Below, piece after piece: positions 12,356 through 25,356 of a DNA stretch of 64,000 nt. The notes beneath the pieces were generated by a model. The model had not been told where the DNA came from. It saw only the letters and a program-made list of their open reading frames with translations, and made no database searches. Origin of the DNA: Pseudogymnoascus verrucosus (lineage: Eukaryota); the NCBI GenBank assembly GCA_001662655.1, contig KV460215.1, one strand, 5' to 3'. Both the position numbers and the translations under genes were made by a program. Position 1 is the stretch's first letter; each line of letters opens with the position of its first letter.

Positions 12356-12511
12356 CGTGAATCAATTGCTCCTCGGCGGTCGACTCTCGAGGAGGGAACA
12401 GAGGGGGCAGACGAGAGCGGTCTCTGTGGTAGGCGGAGGTTCGTGCGATGTGGTGAGGTTGTCGGGCGTGGTCGATGTTTGAGTTCGAAAATTGGTCGGC
12501 CCTTACCTCGG

Positions 12512-12518
12512 CCAATCA
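12512..12518 (+). promoter_or_regulatory. CCAATCA box (candidate HAP/CBC site) upstream of CYT1
   Basis: ggCCAATCAg about 160 bp upstream of the CYT1 ATG, with further ATTGG copies nearby. Short motif, so chance occurrence is possible. Confidence 0.35.
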
Positions 12519-13029
12519 GAGCGAATTGATGACCCGGTTACATCTTATTGGTACGCGAGAATTTTCCGAGATCACCTCAACGACAGCTTCCGGTACCTTT
12601 CTCACGCGGATTATTGCGCTCTTCAAATTTGCTATCTACAGATTATGTAGTATTCATATCATAAACAACATTGATATTAATATACTGGATCTTTGTGAAT
12701 TGCCCATTATGATCCTTTTTTCCGCGAATGATGGCTCCCCTTTTCAATGATTGCCCACGATAGTGAGTTCGGGAAGGCGGAGGCTCAGCCTCGTTGCGCC
12801 TGGCAATATATTTTTATTACCAGCCCTTCTAGTTCCTGTAGGTGTCAAAGAATCGTACAACATTCTCACCATCCCTCACTATTGTGCACATAGGCAGCTA
12901 CGCCTACGTGTGAAGATCCCACATTGTTACGGTAGCTCCAGCCTTTACGCCCCTCCACCAAGGCCGCGACAAACGACCATCACCAACATGCTCTCCCAAC
13001 GCTGAGCTGTCCAAGTTCAGCGCTTCACC

Positions 13030-13882
13030 ATGTCGGGCCAGGAGCTGGTAGCTTACGACGAGTATCGTGACTATCCATTCCTGACCCCCGATGAGTTCGA
13101 GCTGGCATGTCATTACTTGGAAAGTATATATATAAACGCGAACTTGGGACAGGCGAGGAGGAAATTCAAGCTTCGGCTGCAGAGATCGCTGACTGGGGGT
13201 CCCTCATATGTCACTATTGCTACGCCTATTGCTATTGCGGATGGCGGTATCGATGAGCTCCTTGGCATGGGATTCTTGAGGGCGAGTGATGGTGCGGACG
13301 AGGATATGGATGGGCTCCAAGGCATGGACGTTGAGGGGGAAGATGGAGACTCTGTAAGTTCATACCTGGCTGCTAGTTTCTAGCACTCTCCAAACCCCAC
13401 TTGATGATTATACATGCTGACGCTTATGGATGGTAGGACGCTCTACGTTCCAACGGAACAGGCGATGGCTTACTCGACGGCCCATATGTCCAATATGAAA
13501 TCCACCTCCACCCTACCTACCGAACACCCGTCTTGTGGTTCCACCTACATAACCTCCCAAACGATGCTAGGGCGTTCGATATCGAGTCTGTCTACCGATA
13601 TCTTGTTCCGGATATCCTCAAGGATGAGCTGAGATCTGTTGGCGTTATTGGAGGGATATCCGCAGACGTAAGTCTCAAACCGTCTCTACAGAGTGTATAA
13701 AACCATGCTAATATCACACATAGCACCATCCCATTACGGACCTCCCCTGCTTTTTCATGCACCCATGCAACACTAAGGAGGCTATGGAACAGTTCAGAGC
13801 CAGACTCGGCGACTACTTGATGATCTGGCTGGGCATCGTTGGGTATTACGTTGGACTGAAGTTACCACTTGCCATGGCATGA
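13030..13882 (+). CDS. ATG10: Autophagy E2-like conjugating enzyme (3 exons)
   Basis: YEIHLHPTYRTPVLWF and HHPITDLPCFFMHPCNTKEAM (catalytic HPC), then YLMIWLGIVG. Confidence 0.9.
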
Positions 13883-14024
13883 ACGAACTTCCATAACAGA
13901 CTAGAGAAGGCTATGCCGAAGCTGACTACTTTTGTCGATCCCATTATCCCTCGTTTTATACCAAATACATGCTCTCTATCCAAACTCCACGTTAAATCAA
14001 CGTTAATTTTTTGTGCCGCCGTGT

Positions 14025-15341
<1,317 letters not shown>

Positions 15342-15456
15342 GTTGAGCTGAGTGTGTCTGGATCAGGTGAATCCAATTGTGAGGTGTTTGTGTTTGGAAA
15401 TATTATTTATTTCTCATTTGAAGGTGGTGGCGGGGTCGCTATTTATCGATATGAAA

Positions 15457-15462
15457 GAGTCA
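15457..15462 (-). promoter_or_regulatory. TGACTC candidate Gcn4/CpcA site upstream of the DAHP synthase gene
   Basis: GAGTCA on the + strand, about 115 bp upstream of the ATG of an amino-acid biosynthesis gene. Hexamer only. Confidence 0.35.
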
Positions 15463-16679
15463 CAGGTTAGGCGTGGAAATTGTGACAGGGATCATACCAC
15501 TGACAGCCTCGCGAGTTTGAATTCACGGTGGTGTTGGATTTTGCAGCTATTTTTCTTATTTCACTCATGCTTATAACTAGAATGCAAATAATTCATATGA
15601 ATCAATACTATTGCGCAATTAATGCAATATTTACCTTCCCAGGTAAAACCCTTACTTGTGAGGGTGAATACGTGTAGAGTGCACGACGCAAGGCCACGGT
15701 CCAAAATTTGTTGCAGTGCTCCAAAATTCGGGGGATTCAGGGAGTCTCGGCCAATCATTAGACCCACGGCGGCTTGTAAAGTGAAGGGCTCTCGACGCCG
15801 TCATGAGGGGGATAGCCATTGACCTTCCAAGCATTACAATACCCCGTGCAGACATGATAGACAGCACTGTGCTACTTGCAGTAAGACTTTGCAAGCTTCA
15901 GGCTTGATATTCCTGCAGCGTACAACCCCAACTTCACTCCCGCTCTTCACCGCTAATATCAAGAGCTAGAGTACCCCGCCACGTCGAGCTATTCCATCGA
16001 AACACGTGAAACCCAGTAAGACGCTGTCCAATGGGGCATTCTTTCATAAATCCTACTGTTCTGGTGCATCCTTACATAGAAGGATACTCTATGCCAAGTA
16101 ATATGGGATACGCAATGGCTCGCAGGTTGTCAAGCCAATGACATATATAACGAAAAGCGGCCGCCAAGATGCCCATGAGTGGCAAAAATTATAAACCAAA
16201 TGATAACTTCATAGCTGTGGTTCACATATAACGATGGGAACGTAGGATAATTCGGTCTCAGTTGTCCACCAGGAAACGAGTGTACGGTGTACGGTGCGCG
16301 GACCGTAGAGTGGCCCCGCCCGAGTCTCAAATACTGTACCCAAACATAGACTATGACGTTGTGGCTCCCTTCGCTCTCAACGCGGGACAGATCCTAGCAA
16401 GTGGGATAAACCGTCTGGTACCTGATTATCTCAACATAGTCAACATCCATAATCGAGTTCCAGTTTCCCTCCATTCGCATCTTTTTTTCTCTCGTACAGC
16501 GTTAGAGATCAAGCGATTGACTTCTTGAGAGCACTGGTGAAAAGCGTCATCCTTTGCTTACATGCAGCTTGTCATCACCAATCAGCCGCACCTGGTCCTA
16601 TAGCTGTTCTTCCCATATATTCTCACCCGCCCCTCCTACACCCAGACGCTTGCTTGTGCAGGCAAATCTCATAATCACC

Positions 16680-19600
16680 ATGGCACCGAACGAGTTGAAG
16701 GCCGCGAACGAGGTTTATCTCCTCCCGCTTCTTGACGATGGGTCTCCAGACGTACCTGGAGGATACATTTACCTGGAGCCAAAGTCTGCAGAACCAATCG
16801 TTGTACGCTTTGCTATCGAGGGCACTTCTTCCATATGCAGGCATGGGAGCTTATGGGTCAACATCAATGCACCGGGAGAGCCATTCAGGCGGGATGCCTT
16901 CAGGGAATTCAAGTAAGACACCCAATTTGGCCCCATGAATTGTTCATTCCTAACTCACCATCAGGCTGGAACCAGACTTCAACCGCACACTAGAGATTGA
17001 CATCCCGATTCAATCATCCGGCTCGTTCGCTTTCTATACGACATATTCCCCGCTACCAGACCTTGACGACGCAGGTTCAAACCCATCAGAACCGACCAAA
17101 ACTCCTCTCTACTACATCGATGTCGCCCCACGCCTCACCCTGGGTGATAAACAGCTCCCAATGGCTGCCCTCTCTATTATATCTGTCATATCGAAATTTA
17201 TGGGGAAATATCCGACGGATTGGCAGAAGCACCTGCGCGGAATTAGCGAACGTGGCTATAATATGATTCACTTCACGCCTCTACAAGGAAGAGGGAGTTC
17301 AAATTCGCCATATAGCATAGCAAACCAGCTAGGATGGGACCCGGAATGTTTTCCTGGGGGCGAGAAAGATATTGCCCAACTAGTCGATGTTATGGAGAAA
17401 GAGTATGGGCTACTGGGACTGACGGATGTGGTTTGGAACCACACTGCTGATAACAGTAAATGGCTTCAAGAGCACCCGGAAGTGGGATACAACATGTCCA
17501 CCGCCCCGTGGTTAGAGTCAGCACTCAAACTCGACACAGAACTGCTGAAGTTTGGTCGCGAGCTGGAGAAGCTAGGGCTGCCTACAGACATCAAGACTGT
17601 CGAGGACTTATTGCTGATCATGGATGGCATTAAGACCAAGGTCATTGGCAGCCTTAAATTGTGGGAGTACTATGCCATTGATGTTAAAAGAGATGTCGAT
17701 GCAGCTGTGGATGCATGGGTATCTGGAAATATCAAGGCTTCCGCCGAGGGATTTGCAAGCAAAGATGCTTCGCCCAAGGAGCACGCCAAGTTTATCACCG
17801 AGAAAGCCATGCTGGGGACCGACAGGCTGGGAGAACGCTATAGACGAAAGGTGGATCCAGCCATTGCAGCCGCTTTGTTGACAGAGTTGCATGGAAAATC
17901 CAACGGCAATGCCGCTGATAGTGGCGAGGTACGGAGTCATATCTCTAAGATTTTGGACGAGGTAAACCTGCCATATTACAAAGAATATGACGAAGATATT
18001 GCAGAAGTTCTGGAGCAGATCTTCAACCGCGTTAAATATGTACGCCTAGACGACAACGGACCAAAGCTTGGTCCGATCAACGATAAAAACCCACTCATCG
18101 AGTCTTATTTCACAAGGCTTCCTCAAAACGCCACCACCAAAAAGCACAAGCCAGAAGACCTGGCTCTTGTCAATAATGGATGGATTTGGGCAGCCAATGC
18201 CCTGGTGGACAATGCTGGACCAAAGTCCAGGGCCTATCTCCGACGAGAGGTCATTGTCTGGGGTGACTGCGTCAAATTAAAATATGGCGACGGCCCCAAG
18301 GACTCCCCTTATTTATGGGAGTATATGGGGAAGTATACGAGGCTCATGGCGAAGTATTTCACCGGTTTCCGAATCGATAATGCGCACTCTACTCCTCTTC
18401 ATGTCGCTGAGTATCTCTTGGATGAGGCACGCCGCGTGCGCCCTGACTTATTCGTTGTCGCTGAGCTATTCACTGGCTCAGAGGAGATGGACTACGTGTT
18501 TGTCAAGCGCCTTGGTATCAATGGCCTCATCCGAGAAGCTATGCAAGCTTGGAATACTGGCGAGTTGAGCCGACTGGTCCACCGTCATGGTGGTCGCCCC
18601 ATAGGCAGCTTCGAGGTTGATGAAATCTCTGGCAATGATGCTTCGGGCGATGAAGTGACAGAAATTGTCCGAAAGATTAAGCAAACTCCCGTCCATGCCT
18701 TGTTTATGGACTGCACGCACGACAACGAAGTTCCAGCACAAAAAAGAGACGCTCGCGACACGCTACCAAACGCAGCCTTGGTGTATTTGTGTGCAAGCGC
18801 AACTGGCAGTGTTTTTGGTTACGATGAAATATACCCCAAGATTATCGATCTCGTCCACGAGACGCGACTATATACGTCGTCATCATCTGAGAAGCCAGTC
18901 GACATTAAGGATGAAGAAGGTGGTATTGGAGGTGTCAGGAAACTCCTTAACCAGATCCATGTTGTAATGGGTCTCGATGGATATGAGGAGACGCATATTC
19001 ACCATGACGACCAATATGTCACCGTGCATAGAGTGCATCCCGAGTCGAGGAAAGGATATTTCTTGATTGCTCACACCGCGTTCCCTGGCTACAAAAATGG
19101 CAACGGAGCGTTCAGTCCTGTTCATCTTACGGGTACCAAGGCTAAACATCTTGGAAGCTGGATGCTTGAGGTTGATGATTCGGAAGAGGCCCGTGATGCC
19201 GCGTTGGGAGACAAACAATACCTCAAGGGGCTGCCTAGCAAGGTCACCAGCGTTTCCGGGATTAACATGGAGTCTAAAGATGATGAGACTGTTATTACTA
19301 TGGGAGGCAAGTTCCCGCCTGGGAGCATTGCTCTCTTTGAGACGTGGATCCCGGCAGCGGAGCACGCATCTGGTCTTGATACACACGTCACATCAGGAGC
19401 GAAAGAAGCCTTCTCCAAGGTTGATCTCGTGGATCTCAACTTCATCATGTACAGATGCGAAGCCGAAGAAATGGATTCCAGCAATGGAAAGGATGGCGTT
19501 TACGACATCCCTAGCCACGGCAAACTAGTCTACGCAGGACTCGAAGGCTGGTGGAGCGTGTTGAAGAAGGTCATTGGTGAGAATGACCTTGCACACCCAC

Positions 19601-21401
19601 TTGCACAGCACCTGAGGAGCGGTCAATGGGCCTTAGACTATACAGTTGGGCGTCTCCAGCGCAAATCCAAAGAGGAGGGATTTGAACGCCTAGAAGCCCC
19701 AGCGCAATGGCTTCAAGAACGTTTTGATGCGATTAGAAAGCTCCCCAGCTTTTTGTTACCGCGTTATTTCGGGCTGATAATCAAGACTGCTTACTCTGCA
19801 GGGTTAGACCGAGGTGTCGAACTCATGAGCGAGAATGTGCAGAAGGGACAGTGGTTCATGAAGAGCCTTGCAATGGTTAGTGTGCAGCAGACAGGCTTCG
19901 TCAAGTCCGCCTCCCTGTACCCAAAGCGAGCGGTGCCGTCTCTTGCAGCTGGACTGCCGCATTTTGCGGTCGAGTGGGCAAGATGCTGGGGACGTGATGT
20001 TTTCATCTCCGCGAGAGGCCTCTTTTTGGGAACTGGCCGCTATGCGGAAGCTCGCGAGCATATTATTGCCTTTGCTAGTGTCGTCAAGCACGGCATGATT
20101 CCGAACCTCCTTAGCAGTGGCAACCTACCCCGCTACAACTCTCGTGATTCGGTCTGGTTCTTCTTGCAGACTATTCAGGACTATACGAAAATTGTGCCCA
20201 ACGGCCTTGACCTATTGAAGGAGAAGGTTCCGCGGAGGTTCTTGCCTTATGATGACACATATTTCGAATCGGATGATGCAAGAGCGTATTCCACAACTTC
20301 GACTTTGGAAGATATCATTCAGGAAATATTCCAAAGACATGCTAGCGGCATGTCATTCAGAGAAGCTAATGCTGGCCCAAAGCTCGACATGCAGATGAAA
20401 CCTGAGGGTTTCCAGATTGACATCAATGTCAACTGGGACACTGGTATCATATTTGGTGGGAGCCAAGACAACTGCGGAACCTGGATGGACAAGATGGGTG
20501 AGAGCGAACGGGCTGGGACTAAGGGTGTCCCCGGTACTCCTCGTGACGGCGCTGCTGTCGAAATTACTGGACTATCATACAGCGCGCTGAAGTGGGTATC
20601 AGAACTTCACAAGGAAGGGAAATACAAGTACAGTGGCGTCAAGACGAACAATGCCTCCACGAAAGAAATATCCTTCTCTGATTGGGCCAGCAAGATCCGC
20701 GATAACTTCGAACGTTGCTACTACGTTCCCGCTTCGTCGGAAGAAGATGCGAAGTATGATGTCAACCCAGCCATTATCAACCGCCGTGGCATCTACAAGG
20801 ATCTCTACAAATCTGGAAAGGAATACGAGGACTATCAACTCCGACCCAATTTCCCCATCGCCATGACTGTCGCACCGGATCTGTTTGACGATAAGCATGC
20901 TTTGGGTGCCCTCTTCATCGCTGATAAGGCACTACGTGGACCAACCGGAATGGCTACATTGGATCCCTCGGATCTGAATTACCGACCCGATTACCACAAC
21001 TCCGAAGATTCAACAGATAAAGCGACATCAAAGGGACGCAATTACCACCAAGGCCCGGAGTGGCTGTGGCCGACGGGATTCTTCTTGAGGGCTCTGCTTG
21101 CTTTCGATCTGAAACGTCGAGACACGCCTGAAGGGCGGACCGAGGCTTTCCAGCAGGTGACCCGCAGGCTGGCAGAGTCTAAGAAGGCCATTGTTGAGAG
21201 CGAGTGGGCTGGGCTGACTGAGCTGACGAATAAGAATGGAAGCTTCTGTGCTGATTCGGTGAGTTTGAATGGAGTGATACGTGTATGATAATTAATGCTA
21301 ACGTGGGACAGTCTCCGACTCAGGCCTGGTCTGCAGGATGCTTCATCGATCTGTATCACGATGCTGCGCAGTATGACGTCTCGAAGTTGCAAGAGAAATG
21401 A
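16680..21401 (+). CDS. GDB1: Glycogen debranching enzyme
   Basis: GFRIDNAHSTP, VAELFTG, DCTHDNE, WGRDVF, TWMDKMG and YHQGPEW motifs. Introns at about 16913-16964 and 21260-21311. Confidence 0.97.
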
Positions 21402-21923
21402 ATGTGGAGTGAGTGATGGGGCAGGAGGTGGAATATAGCTTGAAACAGTGCATTAGAAGGACTACACGATTTTTTTTTGGAGAGTGGGACTGGAGTTTTT
21501 AGGATTCAGATGGGATAAGATTTTATGGCACGGGGGTGGCTTCAGTGGTTCCAATTTGGCATCCATATGAAAGAGGGAGTCCGTATCAATATACGAATCC
21601 ACGATCGGGCATGTTACCGCTATTTCCAAAAACCCATCACTCTTTTTCGTGTTCTCAAAAAAAACCTAATTTTCGCTCGGCCCCGGCGGCACGCTCTCTT
21701 CCCACTCGGCCACCCACCTCACTAACCAACCCGGCGCCGACCCACCAAACGCTTTCAGCACCCGCCACATCCCAGCACCACCCTACCCATGCCGTCCCGG
21801 GACATCCACCTAAGTTTTCCACCTAAGGATTTTTTCACCTTGCCTCCCCAACCATCCACAAGCCACCCTGCTTCGCCCGCGGCCACATAGTCGGTCTTAA
21901 CCTTCTGATCTTCAACCAAACCC

Positions 21924-22021
21924 GCCTGGGTAGCTCAATCGGTAGAGCGTGTGACTCTTACTTCCTATCCTTAGGATATGAGATCATCTCAAGGTCGCGG
22001 GTTCGAGCCCCGCCTCGGGCT
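21924..22021 (+). tRNA. tRNA-Lys(CTT) with a 25-nt intron at position 37/38 (copy 3)
   Basis: Exons 21924-21960 and 21986-22021 rebuild the same 73-mer as the other copies. Intron 21961-21985 contains the hairpin TATCC-tta-GGATA. Confidence 0.93.
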
Positions 22022-22710
22022 CAAATCCCGAGTGCTCTCTTGAGGAGTCCTCAATTACTTTTTTGGCATTTTTGCTGGTTGTGGTAATGAGGCACATGGG
22101 AGGTAATGTTTTTTGGTTTTTACGTTTGTGGGGCTTGTTTGAATTTTAAACTGAACTTTTTTTTATATTATCTATTTCTCCCAGGCTATGAGAATGAGGA
22201 CATCATTTTAAGATGCAAAATTATCTTTTATTTTTGTCGTTTGCTCTTCTCAGAGTAGTGATATTTCCCATGATGCAGCGGCGTGCTAAAAAAAAGTTTT
22301 CTGACGTCGCCGATATCTGCAAGGCTAACAATCAGCCTCGTCCCGCGCTCGTCCCTTGCTTCCCGGGTGATACCACCAACAACCACCAATAGCCAAACTC
22401 CAGAGAGAGCTGCTGTGATATCTTTCTATCACCTTGCACCTGCAGGACGGCAGTAAACAGCACAATTGGGCGATCCCACAGCTAACAGCTGTCACTCGGA
22501 TGACTGGCGTGCGGTATGTTGGTCCGAGCTGTGGCGTAGAGCTCATGCAAGGGAGTGTGTTATTGTTGGCGACGTCGAGGTTGGTATCTGAGCGATTATT
22601 GGAGGCAGGACCCGAATCCGGATATATCTTGCTGTCTGATGTGAGAGAGGAACGATGTGTCTCCGGATGATCGGCCGCTACTGGGTGATCATGTATTAAC
22701 ATTGAGCCAT

Positions 22711-22992
22711 GGCCCCCAGGCGGCCCCCAGGTAATATGTCCATTCAGGCAGAATATGAGTCTGTATATTGATAATGCAGGTAGTGTGAGAAACCAGCTAT
22801 ATTGATTCTTCTCACTCTGGGAGGAACAGTATGTCTGCGAATGATCTGGTACTACTAGGCGATCACGTATAACGTTCAGCCCTGGCCCCCAGGTGGCCCC
22901 AAGCGACACGTCCATTCAGGCAGAATATGAGTCTATATATTGATAACGCAAGCAGCGTGAGAAACCAATTGTATTGACGCTTCTCACTCTGG
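22711..22992. repeat. About 110-bp direct repeat, two copies 173 bp apart
   Basis: ggcccccagg..ccattcaggcagaatatgagtct.tatattgataa..gtgagaaacca..ttctcactctgg starts at 22711 and at 22884. Confidence 0.85.
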
Positions 22993-23086
22993 TTACACAG
23001 GACTCTCCGAGTATTGGGGGCGCTTTGGGTCCAAATCAGTGGCCGGAGAGTGCTTTATGGTTTCACTTTATATGACTTGTGGTGTC

Positions 23087-23430
23087 GTCTTCGAGGCCTC
23101 AGATCCCACAGCTACACAGCTCTACGCGCTATGCGTGTGTAACTTCTGCTGCAGCTGGCGTTACCTTGCTTCGTTCTTTCTGTTGCCTGTTTTGGCCACA
23201 GACTGTCTTCGAGACCTCAGATCCTAGAGCTACACAGTTCCACCCGTGCGGGTGTCACTTCTGCTGCAGCTTGTGTTACCTTGCTTCCGTGCTCACCATT
23301 GCCTGTTTTGGCTAAAGACCGCCTTCAAGGCCTTAGATTCCAGAACTGCACAGCTCCACACGCTATGGAGGCGTCACTTCTGCTGCAGCTGAGGCTACCT
23401 TGCTTCGATGCTCACTGTGCTCTGTTTTAC
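23087..23430. repeat. Three tandem diverged units of about 117 bp
   Basis: Units start at 23087, 23205 and 23321 and share acttctgctgcagct and taccttgcttc. A 13-bp tandem (tgctaaatctcct) follows at about 23505-23550. Confidence 0.85.
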
Positions 23431-23574
23431 CCTAAGAAATGGGGGCCCCGCGATTCTCATTTTTTGTATTCTAAGTTGTCCTCTCCTTCGTGATGATTGC
23501 CCTTCTGCTAAATCTCCTTGCTAAATCTCCTTGTTAAATCTCCTTGCTAGAGAACATCCCAATTCAAGTGCGTC

Positions 23575-25191
23575 ATGGCGACTTCTCAACCACGAGTTCC
23601 CTCACAGCATGGCACATTGGAATACCTGCGTCTTCAGTATGACAATGCCATCGCGTCGGGCGTCAAGCGTCGTCTCTTGTTTCCCCAAATGCTGTTCAGT
23701 ATGGCCCTCCTGGCTGGCTTCCTTCTCATAGACCACCGACGCAACCGTTTCTTATACCAGCTGCGATGGCTAGTTTGGTTTACCATAATTGCAGTTGAGG
23801 TTTCTAACATGCGTCATCGGATCTCCGTCGACCCAGCTGTTTCTTATGTCTCAGGCATTGCATCGGTATATGTCATAGTATGGAGCACGATGTGGCTGAT
23901 CTTTGAGCGTCCCCAGTTTACGGCTGTACGCATCGAGCGCCGACGTAAGGCAGTACAGAATGGGATTCGGGCCGGCTCTGGTGGTACTACTCAAGAACGC
24001 TCCGAGACGATTGGATATAAGATGAATGGGAATGGATATTCTCTGGAACAACAAAATGGCCTCGACGCCGAAAAAAGTCTGGCAGCAACCAATGACTCGA
24101 AGGGGGAGTGGGAATACTTCTGGCAACCATACCCCGATGTTTTGGGAGAACGCCTTGCTTGGGTTCTGGATTTGATATTCAGTTTCCGTGGGAGGGGATG
24201 GAACTTCTCCATCCCTACCAATCCAGCTCTCCCCGAAGATGTTGCCGCTTCCCTCGGCGAGCCCATTTCGGAGTCTGATAAAGTCCTGAAAAGCAGGACC
24301 GGAATCAAATGCTTTCGAACCCGCAAAGAGCTGGCAAGCTATGTGATATCCAGGTTCATACTCTGCTACCTCGTCCTGGACCTATGCAAATTCCAGATCA
24401 TCCACGACCCCTTTTTCCGCACCGGCGACGAGTCTCTCCCCGCCCCCCCATACCTCGACGGCCTCCCACCCTTCCTCATCACCCGCATTCGCCGCAACAC
24501 CCTAGTCCTCTCACTAGTGACCTTCATCCAATTCCACGCCCTCCTAGTCCCCATCATCGCCTCCCTCCTCCTCAGTCCCACCGTCCTCGGTATCCGCGGC
24601 GAACCCTGGATGTACGCCACAACCTGGGGCAGCCCCTCTACCATCCTCGACAAAGGCCTCGGCGGCTTCTGGAGCAGCTGGTGGCACCAGACCTTCCGCG
24701 CCGGATTCACCGCGCCGACGAATTACCTTATTCGCAAAGGTTGGCTGCCTGGTACGGGCATCGCATCGCAACTCGTCGGCATCGCTATCGCCTTCATCAT
24801 CTCAGGCGCTATGCACACCGCCGGCAGCGCCGTCCAAGTCCTCCCCACGCATCCAGAGCGCCAACTCACATTCTTCCTACTACAGCTCGTGGCGGTGACG
24901 GCGCAGACCTCGTTCTGCGCGGCGCTGCGGCCTTGGATTGAGAGGTTGCCGGTGTGGGCGAGGAGGACGGGGAATGCGGTTTTTACGTACCTATGGCTGT
25001 ATGCGACGTGTCCGCTGTTCATGAATGATATGTCGGCGGGCGGGACGTGGATGTATGAGCCGGTTATGGGGAGTCCGTTGCGGTGGTGGGGGTTGGGGCC
25101 TAAGGGGTATGGGTGGTGGACGTGGGCGCATGTTGAGATTGGGTGGTATCAGGGGAGGCATTGGTGGGAGAGTGGGATTGGAGGGCTTTGA
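23575..25191 (+). CDS. Membrane-bound O-acyltransferase (wax synthase / Tri7-like, MBOAT_2)
   Basis: Multiple TM segments; DLIFSFRGRGWNF, GLGGFWSSWWHQTFR, AFIISGAMH (catalytic His) and FFLLQ motifs. Confidence 0.85.
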   Translation: MATSQPRVPSQHGTLEYLRLQYDNAIASGVKRRLLFPQMLFSMALLAGFLLIDHRRNRFLYQLRWLVWFTIIAVEVSNMRHRISVDPAVSYVSGIASVYVIVWSTMWLIFERPQFTAVRIERRRKAVQNGIRAGSGGTTQERSETIGYKMNGNGYSLEQQNGLDAEKSLAATNDSKGEWEYFWQPYPDVLGERLAWVLDLIFSFRGRGWNFSIPTNPALPEDVAASLGEPISESDKVLKSRTGIKCFRTRKELASYVISRFILCYLVLDLCKFQIIHDPFFRTGDESLPAPPYLDGLPPFLITRIRRNTLVLSLVTFIQFHALLVPIIASLLLSPTVLGIRGEPWMYATTWGSPSTILDKGLGGFWSSWWHQTFRAGFTAPTNYLIRKGWLPGTGIASQLVGIAIAFIISGAMHTAGSAVQVLPTHPERQLTFFLLQLVAVTAQTSFCAALRPWIERLPVWARRTGNAVFTYLWLYATCPLFMNDMSAGGTWMYEPVMGSPLRWWGLGPKGYGWWTWAHVEIGWYQGRHWWESGIGGL

Positions 25192-25356
25192 GGGGTGAAT
25201 GGGAGTATTGATTATGATGAAGTCGACAGCCTACCTATGGCAATCTTTGCGGATCTTGGATGCAATTGCAGAACAAATTATTTTAGCCCTACAGTATTTT
25301 TATGAAGCGGACGTAGATACTACTCGCGTTTTAAAATAGATATCACAAAAGCTATA

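Noticed and set aside
22325..22915. 196-aa - strand ORF
   Set aside because: Non-ATG start, overlaps a repeat whose 173-bp offset is not codon-phased, and has no recognisable motif.
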